From: Andalucia godoyi And28
Lineage: Eukaryota > Protista > Jakobida
NCBI GenBank assembly: GCA_009859145.1
Contig: VRVR01000032.1
Span: 90,854-154,853, forward strand
Length of the DNA: 64,000 bases
Direction: 5' to 3'
Under the pieces are notes generated by a model that was not told the origin of the DNA, made no database searches, and saw only the letters and a list, made by a program, of their open reading frames with translations. The position numbers were made by a program, and so were the translations under genes. Below are positions 19,360 through 30,452 of the stretch, one piece after another; within the stretch, counting starts at the first letter, position 1; each line of letters starts with the position of its first letter.

Positions 19360-21543
19360 CTAATCGCGACCGAGGGGCTTCGGACCGTTCTTGCTGACTT
19401 CATAATAGTTTGCGTGAATGTAGTCTCCCGCAAGCGGCGCGGAGATCATCCATTCCGGATAGTTGAAGCAATCCACCAAGTCAACAGCAAAGGGCCGAAT
19501 GCTGTGGACCAGATGAATAATAATGTTGTCGATAGCTACGGCCTTTCGCGGAGAGAAGTAGCGGTGCGTCATGAAGAACCCCAGGTTGGTCTTGATCTTG
19601 CTCAGTGCATAGATCGCAGTCAGCACATGCAACATGGACTGGATCTTGGACGGAGCAGCCTCCATTGCGTCGATCGATTGGGCAAGAACGAACCGCTCCG
19701 CAAACGACATGGACAGATCCATCACGAGATGCAAGTTGGCATTCCACGCGTCAAAGAAGGACATTCCTTGCGTCTTGGTTGCATGCTGCAGCGCGCGAGC
19801 GAGCATGACCGTCAGTTTGCGTTCACGGTACTCGAATGCGTGCCGCCACATGAGTGGGTCCATAAGACTGGCCTCGGAGGTGCGGCGTTTGGAATACGGA
19901 TTCCTGTCACGGACTGCACGTGCAGCTTCCTTTCCGAGAAAAGTAACAGTGCCGACAAGAGCAGGAACCGCGCCACCTTTGAAGTGGTCCTGGAAATCAC
20001 GCAAAATCGCCTGGGCACACTGCTGCAACAGCACTTCATTCACTCCCTCGTATGTCTTGGTGATCTGCAAATCATCAATCATGGTGCCGAAACGATTCGT
20101 TGCAGAATACCCGTGTCCACCGCACACATCTCGGCACTCAATCACAGTATCCGAAGCGTACCAGGAGCACATGGCCTTCATTGCAGACGACACTACATGC
20201 ACTTCCTTGATGGACTCCTCCGATCTGTTGTGGTACATCTCCTTCAACTTGTTGGTTGCGATTTGCATGCAATAGACCTGAGCCAGCCGCCGCAACAGGG
20301 AGAGCTGGACGCTAGTGTAGTCCAGAATGGGGATCTCGGCACCTCCCTTCTGAGATGAGAACTGCAACCGCTGGGCAGCGAAGCGGATAGCAATCAGCAG
20401 TGCAACTCGTGCAGTAACCATCGTTCCACTGCAAATTGTCACCCGTCCCGACACAAGCTCGCCAACTGTGGCCGCAAACCGCTGGTTGATCGTCGGTTTT
20501 GTCGTCGAGTACGAGCCGTCCGGCAGCACGTCTGCAAACCGATTCAGAAGTGCAGTCTGAGGAACACGAACCTTGTCAAACCAGATGCGGCCATTGTCGA
20601 CGCCATGCAAGCCAACCTTTGGTCCGCAATCCGCAATTCTCACACCTGCACAAACCGTTCCGTCCTTGTTGCGAATCGGGACCAAAAAAGCATGCACACC
20701 CAGGCACTCCCAGTCGCCCATGTCCTCTGCGCCAGCCTTCTTGTTGGCCGGAGCCTCCTTCCTCTTCGGCATGTAGAGCTGCGCAAACACGGTGCAGAAC
20801 TTTCCATGGACGGCGGAGAGTCCTAGCCAGTATTTTTGCGCTTCTTCACAGGGCGTCTCAATCACAAATTCGCGTCGCTGCGGGTCGTAGCGAGCCTCTG
20901 TACGGATCCCCTGCACATTCGACCCATGTGTCAGTTCCGTCATTCCGAAGCAACCCATCGTTTGTCCCGTCTCAATCTCCTTGACCAACCACGCGTGTCG
21001 CTCCGTCCCGAGATTCACAATAGACCCGCCAAACAAGTTGAACAAGACTCCTTGTGCCGTCGTCAGCGAGCCATCCGTCGCCGCTGCCGTTTCTTCAAAA
21101 AACGAAATGTACCTCAGGTAATTTGTCTTCAAATCCGCAAGCTTGAGGATTCCAGACTGGCAAAGCTTTTTCAAGCGCCGTCCAGTCAATTCGCGCGCCT
21201 TCTCCATGTCCAGATCATACACGGGAGCAAATACCGGGTCCATGAGGATCTTGCGGACCTCTTCGCGCTCCTTGAAGCCGTGGTGCACAATGAACCTTCC
21301 AAGAGACTCAAAGTTGGTCTCGTCAAGATGGAACCGGTCCGGTGCAACAAGCTCACTCATCCTTGCAGGCTCCGTCAAGTCATCCTTTTCCCCTCCTTCT
21401 CTTCCTCGAACAACGCAAGAATCCAAACAACACCAAGAAGAAGAAGAAGATGGTGGTGAGTCATACGCACACACAGATGCTGAATCCTCACACAGATGAG
21501 ACTGCAAAACTTGGAGCCGCCGATTCACTGCAGCATCCGACAT
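19360..21543 (-). CDS. ACOX: Peroxisomal acyl-CoA oxidase with N-terminal PTS2
   Basis: GCFGMTELTHGSNVQGIRTEARYD, DCGPKVGLHGVDNGRIWF, CRDVCGGHGY, TYEGVNEVL. PTS2 RLQVLQSHL at residues 8-16. Confidence 0.95.
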   Translation of the reverse strand: MSDAAVNRRLQVLQSHLCEDSASVCAYDSPPSSSSSWCCLDSCVVRGREGGEKDDLTEPARMSELVAPDRFHLDETNFESLGRFIVHHGFKEREEVRKILMDPVFAPVYDLDMEKARELTGRRLKKLCQSGILKLADLKTNYLRYISFFEETAAATDGSLTTAQGVLFNLFGGSIVNLGTERHAWLVKEIETGQTMGCFGMTELTHGSNVQGIRTEARYDPQRREFVIETPCEEAQKYWLGLSAVHGKFCTVFAQLYMPKRKEAPANKKAGAEDMGDWECLGVHAFLVPIRNKDGTVCAGVRIADCGPKVGLHGVDNGRIWFDKVRVPQTALLNRFADVLPDGSYSTTKPTINQRFAATVGELVSGRVTICSGTMVTARVALLIAIRFAAQRLQFSSQKGGAEIPILDYTSVQLSLLRRLAQVYCMQIATNKLKEMYHNRSEESIKEVHVVSSAMKAMCSWYASDTVIECRDVCGGHGYSATNRFGTMIDDLQITKTYEGVNEVLLQQCAQAILRDFQDHFKGGAVPALVGTVTFLGKEAARAVRDRNPYSKRRTSEASLMDPLMWRHAFEYRERKLTVMLARALQHATKTQGMSFFDAWNANLHLVMDLSMSFAERFVLAQSIDAMEAAPSKIQSMLHVLTAIYALSKIKTNLGFFMTHRYFSPRKAVAIDNIIIHLVHSIRPFAVDLVDCFNYPEWMISAPLAGDYIHANYYEVSKNGPKPLGRD

Positions 21544-21999
21544 TCTTATTCTAACCCTATGCTAACCTATTTTTCTCTCTCTTGTTCCTTTAATTTAACG
21601 AAACTTCAACATTTAATAGAAACAAAAAACTCAAAAATAAAATTTTTAATTTAAAAAACAAAAAAGAACGGTATAAAAGCCATGAATAAAAAACCTTTCT
21701 TGTGTTAAGTGGACGGCGCAGCTCTTTGGCTTTTCCTCCAAAACTTCCACAAAACAAGGAAGATCTTGACGCTGGAAAATCGGGCAATTTCCCCCCCTTT
21801 TTTTTTTCACCGCTGTCGTAGCTGAAGATCCAACCGAGAGAGCCCCAAACGAAATGGAAAATTGCCCGACGTCTTACGTGTCTCTCTCATTTGGTCCGCC
21901 CACTGGGGAATCGGGGAATGCACGATTGTTTTGCAAGTTCGTGTCTCGACTTCCTTCACATTTTTTGTATGCTTTCCTTTTTTTTGTTTTTGTTTTTGT

Positions 22000-22010
22000 T
22001 ATTACTATTA

Positions 22011-22040
<30 letters not shown>
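22000..22040 (+). repeat. (ATT)n-type microsatellite
   Basis: Imperfect run of att/tta triplets in the AT-rich spacer upstream of the kinase. Confidence 0.85.
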
Positions 22041-22042
<2 letters not shown>

Positions 22043-22522
22043 TCCCCTTTTCTTCTGTCTATTCTCAAACTCTGTTTCCAACGGGTTTGCAACTTCATTC
22101 TCGTTCGGATTTCCCTTTTTTCCTTCTTTTCTTTTCTCTTTTCTCTTTCTTTTTTTCTTTTTTTGCTTTTTCAAGTCACTCCAAAAAAAGGTTTTGTTTT
22201 GTGTTGTTTTCTGGTTTGGTTTGGTTTGGTTTGGTTTGGTCTAGTCTTCCTATTCTATGTCCTTGTTCTTCGTTGTATAGGTTTCATTCGGGTCTTTGTT
22301 TCGCTCTGCATACGTACATACCTACATATATTCATACATACATACACTGTTTTTGGTGCGCTCCGTTTGTCGCTTTGTTTGTTTGGTTTACTTCAAAAGA
22401 AAAAATAATTACCCGCGCAAGCAAGCACACATCAACTTTTTGGTGCTGTTTCTGGCTATTGGTGAGGAGCGTGTCTGCTTTTTTGTTTGTGTTTTCCGAG
22501 GAGGGTGAAAGCGAAATTGGGA

Positions 22523-22786
22523 ATGATTACGGCGCACTCGATGGACACGTCCGAATTGACGCGCGTGAAGACACTGCTGGATCGGTACATTCCTTCTGAA
22601 GAATCGTCTCCGTACGGATCGTCTTCGGATTTGGGAGCCCATGAAGATTCTTCGGACTCGTCGTCCACGACGTCGGAGAAGCTCAAGCTGGTTAATTCCC
22701 AGCGCAGGTTCTCCAGCACGTCAAACCGTGGAATGCAGCTGTTGTTCCAGAACATCGGCGAGTCTGATGATGATGAGGACGACGAG

Positions 22787-22821
<35 letters not shown>

Positions 22822-25800
22822 GGATGAAGAAAAAGAGGAGAACGATGAAAGCAGAGCACGAGAAAGATCTGATGAGGAAGAAGATGAGGAAGAAGAAATT
22901 CACAGAAAAACAAGGCTTCCGACGCGAAATGTGAAGAAAATAGGAAAACACGTCTTGCCGCCGCTCTCGAGACTCTCTGCCGAGCTGGAACGGACGCATC
23001 TTGCAAGTCGCAGTAGGCATGCGTTTCCGCTGTCGGATGAGGAATCGAATGAGGAGTCGGCCACAGACCAGGATGACAATGATATTGACTTTTCTCGGCT
23101 GGACATGAAGGACAAGAAGGAGATGCTGATCCTTGCCATGCTTGACTTGTTGTGCTCCAAGGAGTTGCATGCGCAAGATGTGTTTCCGGCTCTGGTTGTG
23201 AAACTCAAGAAACATGGGTTTATCCAGAATACGAGATTTTTACAATATCTCGATGAATGGAGAGTGCAGAATCGCAGATTCTTTGCACGGATCTTCCAGC
23301 CGAATGCCCAGGTTTCGATGCGCCGCTCCATCTCCGAAGATTCTGTCTTGTCCGCAAAGATTCCATCTGCGCCATGTTCGAGACAGGCTTCACCTGGCCC
23401 GTCACCGACGTCATCCCCAGCGTGCTCGCCTAATGACAGTCCGCTCAAGCAGGCCGCTGCTGCTGCGAAGACGATGGTCCATTCGCGTTCGCTCGTCCCT
23501 GCATTTGCCGATCGCCAAGATGTGGTGGCTGACCAGTCCGTGGCATTGCAGCAGCATCCAGATGTCATGAGCTCGCTGTTGTTTGGATCTGTAGAACAAC
23601 AGCAGTGCCAGTTGGAAAGGCACTCGATATCGTTTGCAATTCCTCCTGGTCACGGTTTTTCTGATGGAAAAGGGTTGTTGGCGAACCAGTACCAAACGGT
23701 GTCCGTTTCGGCGTCTCATTCACCATTTAATCCCTCCGCAACAGCACCTCACGTAACCCCTAGTTTCATCACTCTTGGTTCAACCTCCACCATTGTCTAC
23801 ACCGTCTCGAGGCTTTTGAGCGAGTTCCACAGTCCGATTGCAATTGGGAAAGGCGGGTTTGGAAAGGTGTTCCGTGTGCGGCACAATACTGACGGCCATG
23901 AGTATGCTGTCAAGCGTGTGCGCATCTCCTTTCGGTCTGTGCGCGATCTCGAAAAACGGTATTCACGCGTCATTCGAGAGGTTCAAATGCTTGCACGTCT
24001 GGATCATCCGAACATTGTTCGATACTATCAAGCATGGTTGGAGCCTGTGCTGGCGGAAGTCGACTGCGGAAAGTCTTTGAAGCGTCTCTCGCGACGCCCC
24101 TCGAAGAAAGGCAGTCGCGCTGGTTCTCGCAGATCACTGGTCAAAGGAAACTATACAGAAGGTGTTGGTGGTGCTGATGGAGACGTTGCGAATGGAGATG
24201 ACATGATTTTCGATTTCTCAGAAGATGACGAGCAGGATCGAAACAAGAAACGGATGAGCGCGGATGATTTCGATGAAAAGTCGTTCTCTGGTGTTTCCGA
24301 GTCTGAGGATGAACTTTCTGAGGATGATGATTGCGACGACGGAGAGGAAAACGAGAGCGATGCGGAGGAGGCCATTGACGTTGCTGCGAATGTCGATTCC
24401 GCGGATTCTGAGGAGGAGATTGCACTCTTTTCCGGTCCATCGTCCTCGTCCTCGTCCTCCTCTGCCGGTCGTATCGAGGTTGGTCCAATAGCAATCGAAT
24501 CTCCGTCGCCCTCCTCGCGTGTCTCCTTCGTGCAAAAAGCAGGCCGTTTGAATGTGCAAACTCGGCCGCCATTATCCACTTCGCTGCACCATGCTCCAGT
24601 CCGGACCGGCTGGTTAACCAGTGGCTCTCCCTCTCGTGACTCCGCATATTTTTCTCAATCGTACACGTCAGCGAACGAAGACTTCAACGACAATGCGCTG
24701 TTGTCGAAGAGTTATCACTCTCGTGGAGAGAACTGTCTGATGCAGCGTGCACACCGTCCGCGGGGAAACTCGTTTACGTCTCGCGGACTGGGCGCTGCCG
24801 GCATGGGAGGACCGCTGAATGAGATGTCTGTGCTGTGGAACTGCCAGAAAAAGAGGTACGAGGTGTTCTTGTACATCCAGATGCAGTATTGCTCGCCAGT
24901 GACAGTCCTTGAATATTTGTCGCAAAGCAACCGGACAGTGAACATTCGCCAGTGTCTGTCCATTTTCTCACAGATGCTCTGCGGTGTCCAGCACATGCAT
25001 CTCAAGGGCATTGTGCACCGCGACCTGAAGCCCTCCAACATCTTCCTGATGTGTCATGACGATTCGCTGTCGTGCGTATCGGATTCTACTGCGTGGCTGG
25101 TTGCCGCAACGGAAAGCTGTGCTCCATTCCATGTGAAAATCGGAGATTTGGGTCTTGCCAAACGGTTGGATGACTCGGAATTTGGTTCTAGTCTTTCTCG
25201 ACGTCCTTCTGCTGTCCTCTCCGCTGGTCCTGAGCAAAAGAAGAGCAGTGAAGGTGCCCCCGTCTTCTCGTCGTCATCCGAGACCGTTGGAACTCATACG
25301 TATGCATCCCCTGAACAGATTTCGAACATGCTGTACAACGAGAAAACGGATGTGTTTTCAATGGGTGTCATTCTTTTGGAGCTCTTCTTCCCCTTCCAAA
25401 CGCTGTCAGAACGAGCACACTTCATGACGACTCTGCGCCAAGCAATTGATTCTCGTTTGCCAGTCGAGCTGAAGCATCTTCCCAAGAATATAGTGGAAGA
25501 CTACCCGCGCATTGCCGATTGGGTTCTCAAGTGCCTCTCTCTCAAGCCTGCGGACCGCCCCTCTGTTGCACAACTCCTTGCAGATCCCATCTTCCAACCG
25601 TCTGCTGCATCCGCCTTTTCCGACGAAGATCTTGCGAACCTAGGCCTTGGCAAGACGTCGCATTTCGAATCCGTGGGAACCGCCACAACCCCTGGCTTGG
25701 GAAATCCTGAAGATGTTCCGTTTGCTCCTGCGAGCTCCACTTCTCGCATTCATCTGCTGGAGGCAAAGGTCGCCGAACAAGCGTCGTTAATTGCCGTTCT

Positions 25801-25837
25801 GCAAGAGCAGCTTCGCGCGGCATTGAAAGACAAGTAA
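22523..25837 (+). CDS. eIF2-alpha kinase, HRI-like (start at ATG 22523 or 22541)
   Basis: SRLLSEF...IGKGGFGKVFRVRH...YAVKRV, EVQMLARLDHPNIVRYYQAWLE, long acidic kinase insert, LYIQMQYC, HRDLKPSNIFL, KIGDLGLAK, GTHTYASPEQ. No TM segment (PERK) and no RWD/HisRS domain (GCN2). EMLILAMLDLLCSK...VFPALVVKLKKHGFI resembles the HRI N-terminal domain. Confidence 0.85.
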
Positions 25838-26635
25838 GAAGTCGTCGTCATCATTATCATCACCAGGTACTTGCTACTGCTACTACCACTACTATTGCGT
25901 CGTCTTTAGGCATTCATTCATTCATTCATGTATCTGTGTTTTTCAATGTTTGCATCCATCAACTTGCTCTTTTCCCTCCGTAGTATTCGTAATTTTTTTG
26001 TTATTTTATTGTTGTTGTTATTATTATGATTATGATTATTATTTTTCGAGTTTCCGTTTCGTGTCCTCCCGTGGATTGTCCGACACCCCCCCGTGTGTGT
26101 TTTTCGCATCGATTTACCAACAAAAGAAAAAGAATAAAAGAAAAAGACGTAATAAACAGGACGTATTTTCCTTGCCCTCTTCCCCTTCCCCTCTCTCCGG
26201 CGAGGATCGTTTCAAAAAAAACAAAAACAAAAACAAAAAAAACACGGCCATTGAGAAAGACTTGAGATTTTTTGACGCACAGGAAGCCGTCCAGATCAGG
26301 CAATGCGTGTGACATGTGAAAATTCGAAAATCCCCGCATATGCAAGCACACGGAGATTAAATCTCTTTTGGGTCGGAGCACAATGGGATGCCGACAGCAA
26401 AGCCCTCTTTTTTGGACAGTCGCTCTTTTTCTCGCGAGCCTTGTCAGATCTTCAGCCTTTCCCCCGATCTTCTGGTCAAATCATGCTGTTCGCCCGGACG
26501 AGATAACCCCCCCCCCCCCTCCTCCTCCAAGCCTCGTTAGGGCTGTGCGCGTGACTCGTGTCTCGTCAAAAGCGGTGGGGACGCGAGACCCCCGTTCTTT
26601 CAAAGCTTTTGATTTTTAATATTTTACTTATCTTT

Positions 26636-26683
26636 TATCTATTTATCTATTTATCTATTTATCTATTTATCTATTTATCTATT
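26636..26683 (+). repeat. (TATCTATT)6 tandem repeat
   Basis: Six exact 8-bp units upstream of the 26780 ATG. Confidence 0.9.
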
Positions 26684-26779
26684 TATTTTATATTTTGATT
26701 GTTTGGTTTCAACTTTTGAACTTTTTTTCAACATTTTACTATTGTCGTAAAGCTGTTGAAAAGAAAAAGCAGCAGAGAG

Positions 26780-29700
26780 ATGTCGGACTCGTTTTTGAAC
26801 TACTCTGCGCCGGCCGCGAGTCTCGAGTTGCTGCGAGACAAGATTGTGAAGCAAGACAGTCCTCGCGAGTCGCTGTCGACTCTTGCGTCGTACCTCATTT
26901 GGGGCAATTTGGGGGCTGAGAAGCCTGAGGCAGCGCCCGGTTCGCAGATGGGCCAGGCTATAGCGCAGGCGAATGTGTTCAACATGCAGGCGGTGGTGCA
27001 GCAGCAGATGGCGCAGATGCAGACGCAGATGAACAAGCAGATGGGTCCTGAGGCGCACAAGAACACCCCGGGAGGTCGGTTGGAAACTGCTGTGGAGCAT
27101 GTCACGAACCAACTGTGCGACTTCTTGAACACGAACGACAGCCAAATTCGGAAGCAAGATACTGCGGATATCCTTGCGGCGTACATCTATTGCATGGAAC
27201 TGTCGATCTCGGGACTCCCCCAGACCTTGTTTTCGCGATCGATTGCGCCGTCGATGGTCCGGTCGTTCCAGCAAATCACAAACTGTGCGACGTCGGGACA
27301 CGAAGGTGTCCTCTTCTGGCTCGGAAAGGCCTCGGAACATCTTGTGCGCTTCATCCAGGAGTCTGCGGTGTGCAGAGACCCCGCAGAGTGGGGAAAGAGA
27401 AAGCCTCGACTTGGGGCCCTGGACCCGCAGCTCGAACAAAAGGATGCGTTTTCGGGTGTCCAGACGCAGGCTCAGCCAGACCGCAGCCCAATGTTTTTGG
27501 CCCTGCAGGAGGTGATTGGATGGTTTGATCTTCCCGAGCTGCAGTATGCACGTGCTCGGTTCGACCAGTTCTACACATCGGATCTGGTGGTCTTGTGCGA
27601 GCAGACAAAGCGCGCACACAAGAGTGCCATTGAGGATGATGCCGACAAGCAAATGAACCAGTCCGTTCAGAACACAAACGCGGCCACCATGAACATCATG
27701 AATCAGGCATTCGGGGCCGCTGCGACGGGGCGATCTGCACAGATTGACACATCTGCCCTTAAGAATCAAGCTGCTGGAATCTCTTCTTCTGCGAGAAATC
27801 TCGTGAACTCGAAGATGGCGTTTTTGGCCATTCAGCCGTATTACAAGCTGTATGACGGTCCGTTGTTGGTGCCCGCATTACCAGCGATCTTGTCGCTGGT
27901 TGAGTACTTGGACCATCAGTCGCAAGTCGCAAACGCAAAGAAGCAGCTGGCGGGTGCGCAGTCGACAGCGTATGTGGGTGGACAAGCATTGCCTTCTGGT
28001 GGCGGAATGCTGGACCAGGGACAGTTCTTGTATTCCGTGGCGGCCACCGTGTTGCCGCGAGCCTTCCGTGCTCTTGCACGCACGCGCAATGTTCCAGACT
28101 ATCTGCCATTCATTATTCGCTCCGCGACCACCATCTCGTATCGCTCCAACTTCTACCAGTACATGGCGGACGAGTTGCTCAAAACCGGTCAAGTGTTTTC
28201 GCCGTATATCGGTGCTCTTGCGTTCTGCTTGTTCTCCTTGTTCAAGCCGGTCACCGCGCCATTCCGTGGTTCTCTTAACCATCCCAATTCCAATGAGCGT
28301 GTCTTGGCTCGCTTCGGCATTGACAACACGCAGATTGCTTTGATGACACCAGCGCACACTCTGGCATACACTTCGCTGCTGCGCATCTTGGCATCGATTG
28401 CGGTGCTGCAGCCCCTGGCTCTGATCCACTATCGCTCTTTCTGGGCGGCAATGATCTTTTCTTCGCAGCTGAACAACACAAATGCGTTGGAACATGTCTG
28501 CATCATTGCAAGTACCATCGCACGCACGTCTCCAGTTCATGCGACCTATTTCATCCGCGTTGCTTGTGCGGCGTTGAAGAAGGAATGCCCGATGACGCAG
28601 ACGGATATGCGCTGCCGTGGATTCCTGATGACTCTTTTGAAGTCCATTTCCTCTGTGTATCCCAACTTGTTCAACGAGTCGTTGGATGAGTTGACGGTGG
28701 GCGAACTTGCCATTCCGCAGTTTTCCGAGTTGGCAAATGTTGATGTTTCCATCGGCGGAGACATCCAGTTCCAAACTACGTCTCCCGGAAAGTTTGTTCC
28801 TCTGGCCTTCATCGAGACTCTTGTCAACGACTCCATCGACGGCGTGTCCTCGGGTGCCCGGTATGTCGCAGACGTCGTTTCCGGCAAGCAGGTGCACAGC
28901 CTGCCGACGGAACTTGCAATCCGAGACGCGCGTATCGAAGAGCGTCTGACTGCGATGAATGCAAAGATCGATCGAAACGCCGCGATGACTCAGGCCGAGC
29001 TGGCCGAGGTCAAGGGCGCAGTTGAAGAACTTGCCCAACAGCAAGATGCAACCAAGATCGATGTCTCCGCTTTGAAGAGCGAGTACAAGGCCATGGAAAC
29101 TATTGTCTCGCAAGTTCAACTTGATATTTCTGCCATTCGCGAAGAGTCAGCTCTTGGCGAGGTTTCGAATGTTCAAATGGAGGAAAAGATCAAGGAGATG
29201 GTCGAGAATATCCGTAACAACGTCCAGGTGCAGATTGCGGACCTGAAGAATGCATATGGTGAGTTCGTGAAACGAATCCCCGTCCCGCGAAAGGTCATGA
29301 TCCGCGAAGGAGGCATTTTCCGCCAGACTGTCGAACTCCACTTTTGCTGCGAGGGCCACGACAAGATCAGCAAGACCATGGATGCTGCGGCGTCTGGTGC
29401 TTGTTTGTGTCCGTCCGAGCGATCTTCTTTCATTGTTGAGTCTAAGCAGTGGAAAAAGTGGCTCAAGGTGTGCATTGCTGCTGTTTGCGCTGTGTCGTCC
29501 GCTGCTGTAGGAAACGTTGGCGCTGCGCTGAGCAGCTTGTCGAATGTGTACAGTCGTCTCAAGGAGCCGGGTGATGAAGACTTTTCGGATTTTGCCTCAA
29601 AGTTGCAGGCGGATTCGCACAATCAAGACTTGCTGACCGCCGAGGAGCAGAGTCAAATGGCCAACTTGCTGCGTGACAGCGGTTTCTACATGCAGTTTTT

Positions 29701-30310
29701 GTGGGAGCCTCAGACGATGCAGTGGTGCTGCCGTCGATGCCATGAGAAAGCCAAGGGGGCGTATGACAAGTGGCGAAAGCTTGAAGAGGAGCGTGTCGCG
29801 AAAGAGAAGGCTCTGGTTACGAAGAAGGAGCTGCAGACAGAGAAATCCGGTATTTACACTCAGAAACTGGCTGTTGAAAAGGAGAGAGAGACGATTGCAA
29901 CTGCGCTGGCAAAGTGCAAAGGAATGTTTGAAAAGCAAGGACACAAAGTGAAGAACTGGAAGAAGCGATTCATCAGCCTCGACGCTGAGACCTTTTTCTA
30001 CGCGCCTGCAGAAGGTCAGGCTGCCATCAAGTCTGTTCGTTGCGCAGACATCAAACGATATGCCAAGTTTGATGATTACGCCAAGTCAATCGGTCTGAAT
30101 GCCAAGGATAAGGTAGCTGAGCACTGCTTCTACATCGTGACCCAGGATGACTGGAGTCTTCTTGTTTTTGCAGGATCTGAACAGGCCACTGAGGACTGGC
30201 TTGCGGGATTGTCGTGCCTTGATAAGTTGAAGATCTTGGACGAGCAGATCGGCGGTTTCGCCAAATCCATGGCGGACCTTGATACAAAGATTGCAGCGTT
30301 GAAGGTCTAA
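26780..30310 (+). CDS. ARM/HEAT-like, coiled-coil and Cys-motif protein with C-terminal PH domain (VEPH1/Melted-like)
   Basis: C-terminal PH domain CKGMFEKQGHKVKNWKKRF...ATEDWLAGL. Upstream ELHFCCEG...CLCP...FIVESKQWKKWLKV and LLTAEEQSQMANLLRDSGFY...QWCCRRCH recall Melted/VEPH1-type proteins. Confidence 0.6.
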   Translation: MSDSFLNYSAPAASLELLRDKIVKQDSPRESLSTLASYLIWGNLGAEKPEAAPGSQMGQAIAQANVFNMQAVVQQQMAQMQTQMNKQMGPEAHKNTPGGRLETAVEHVTNQLCDFLNTNDSQIRKQDTADILAAYIYCMELSISGLPQTLFSRSIAPSMVRSFQQITNCATSGHEGVLFWLGKASEHLVRFIQESAVCRDPAEWGKRKPRLGALDPQLEQKDAFSGVQTQAQPDRSPMFLALQEVIGWFDLPELQYARARFDQFYTSDLVVLCEQTKRAHKSAIEDDADKQMNQSVQNTNAATMNIMNQAFGAAATGRSAQIDTSALKNQAAGISSSARNLVNSKMAFLAIQPYYKLYDGPLLVPALPAILSLVEYLDHQSQVANAKKQLAGAQSTAYVGGQALPSGGGMLDQGQFLYSVAATVLPRAFRALARTRNVPDYLPFIIRSATTISYRSNFYQYMADELLKTGQVFSPYIGALAFCLFSLFKPVTAPFRGSLNHPNSNERVLARFGIDNTQIALMTPAHTLAYTSLLRILASIAVLQPLALIHYRSFWAAMIFSSQLNNTNALEHVCIIASTIARTSPVHATYFIRVACAALKKECPMTQTDMRCRGFLMTLLKSISSVYPNLFNESLDELTVGELAIPQFSELANVDVSIGGDIQFQTTSPGKFVPLAFIETLVNDSIDGVSSGARYVADVVSGKQVHSLPTELAIRDARIEERLTAMNAKIDRNAAMTQAELAEVKGAVEELAQQQDATKIDVSALKSEYKAMETIVSQVQLDISAIREESALGEVSNVQMEEKIKEMVENIRNNVQVQIADLKNAYGEFVKRIPVPRKVMIREGGIFRQTVELHFCCEGHDKISKTMDAAASGACLCPSERSSFIVESKQWKKWLKVCIAAVCAVSSAAVGNVGAALSSLSNVYSRLKEPGDEDFSDFASKLQADSHNQDLLTAEEQSQMANLLRDSGFYMQFLWEPQTMQWCCRRCHEKAKGAYDKWRKLEEERVAKEKALVTKKELQTEKSGIYTQKLAVEKERETIATALAKCKGMFEKQGHKVKNWKKRFISLDAETFFYAPAEGQAAIKSVRCADIKRYAKFDDYAKSIGLNAKDKVAEHCFYIVTQDDWSLLVFAGSEQATEDWLAGLSCLDKLKILDEQIGGFAKSMADLDTKIAALKV

Positions 30311-30340
30311 AGACGGTATTACTGTGATTGGTTTGTGTCT

Positions 30341-30343
<3 letters not shown>

Positions 30344-30431
<88 letters not shown>
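30344..30431 (+). repeat. (GT)44 microsatellite between convergent genes
   Basis: 88-bp perfect GT run between stops at 30310 and 30453. Confidence 0.97.
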
Positions 30432-30433
<2 letters not shown>

Positions 30434-30452
30434 TTTTATCTTCCTTCATTCA

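Noticed and set aside
19297-20358. 353-aa + strand ORF
   Set aside because: Antisense shadow of the acyl-CoA oxidase.
21854-22599. Hydrophobic ORFs of 184 and 245 aa
   Set aside because: Produced by ATT, T-rich and TGGTT microsatellites; low complexity, not membrane proteins.
26675-29119. 364-aa and 413-aa minus-strand ORFs
   Set aside because: Antisense shadows of the PH-domain gene.
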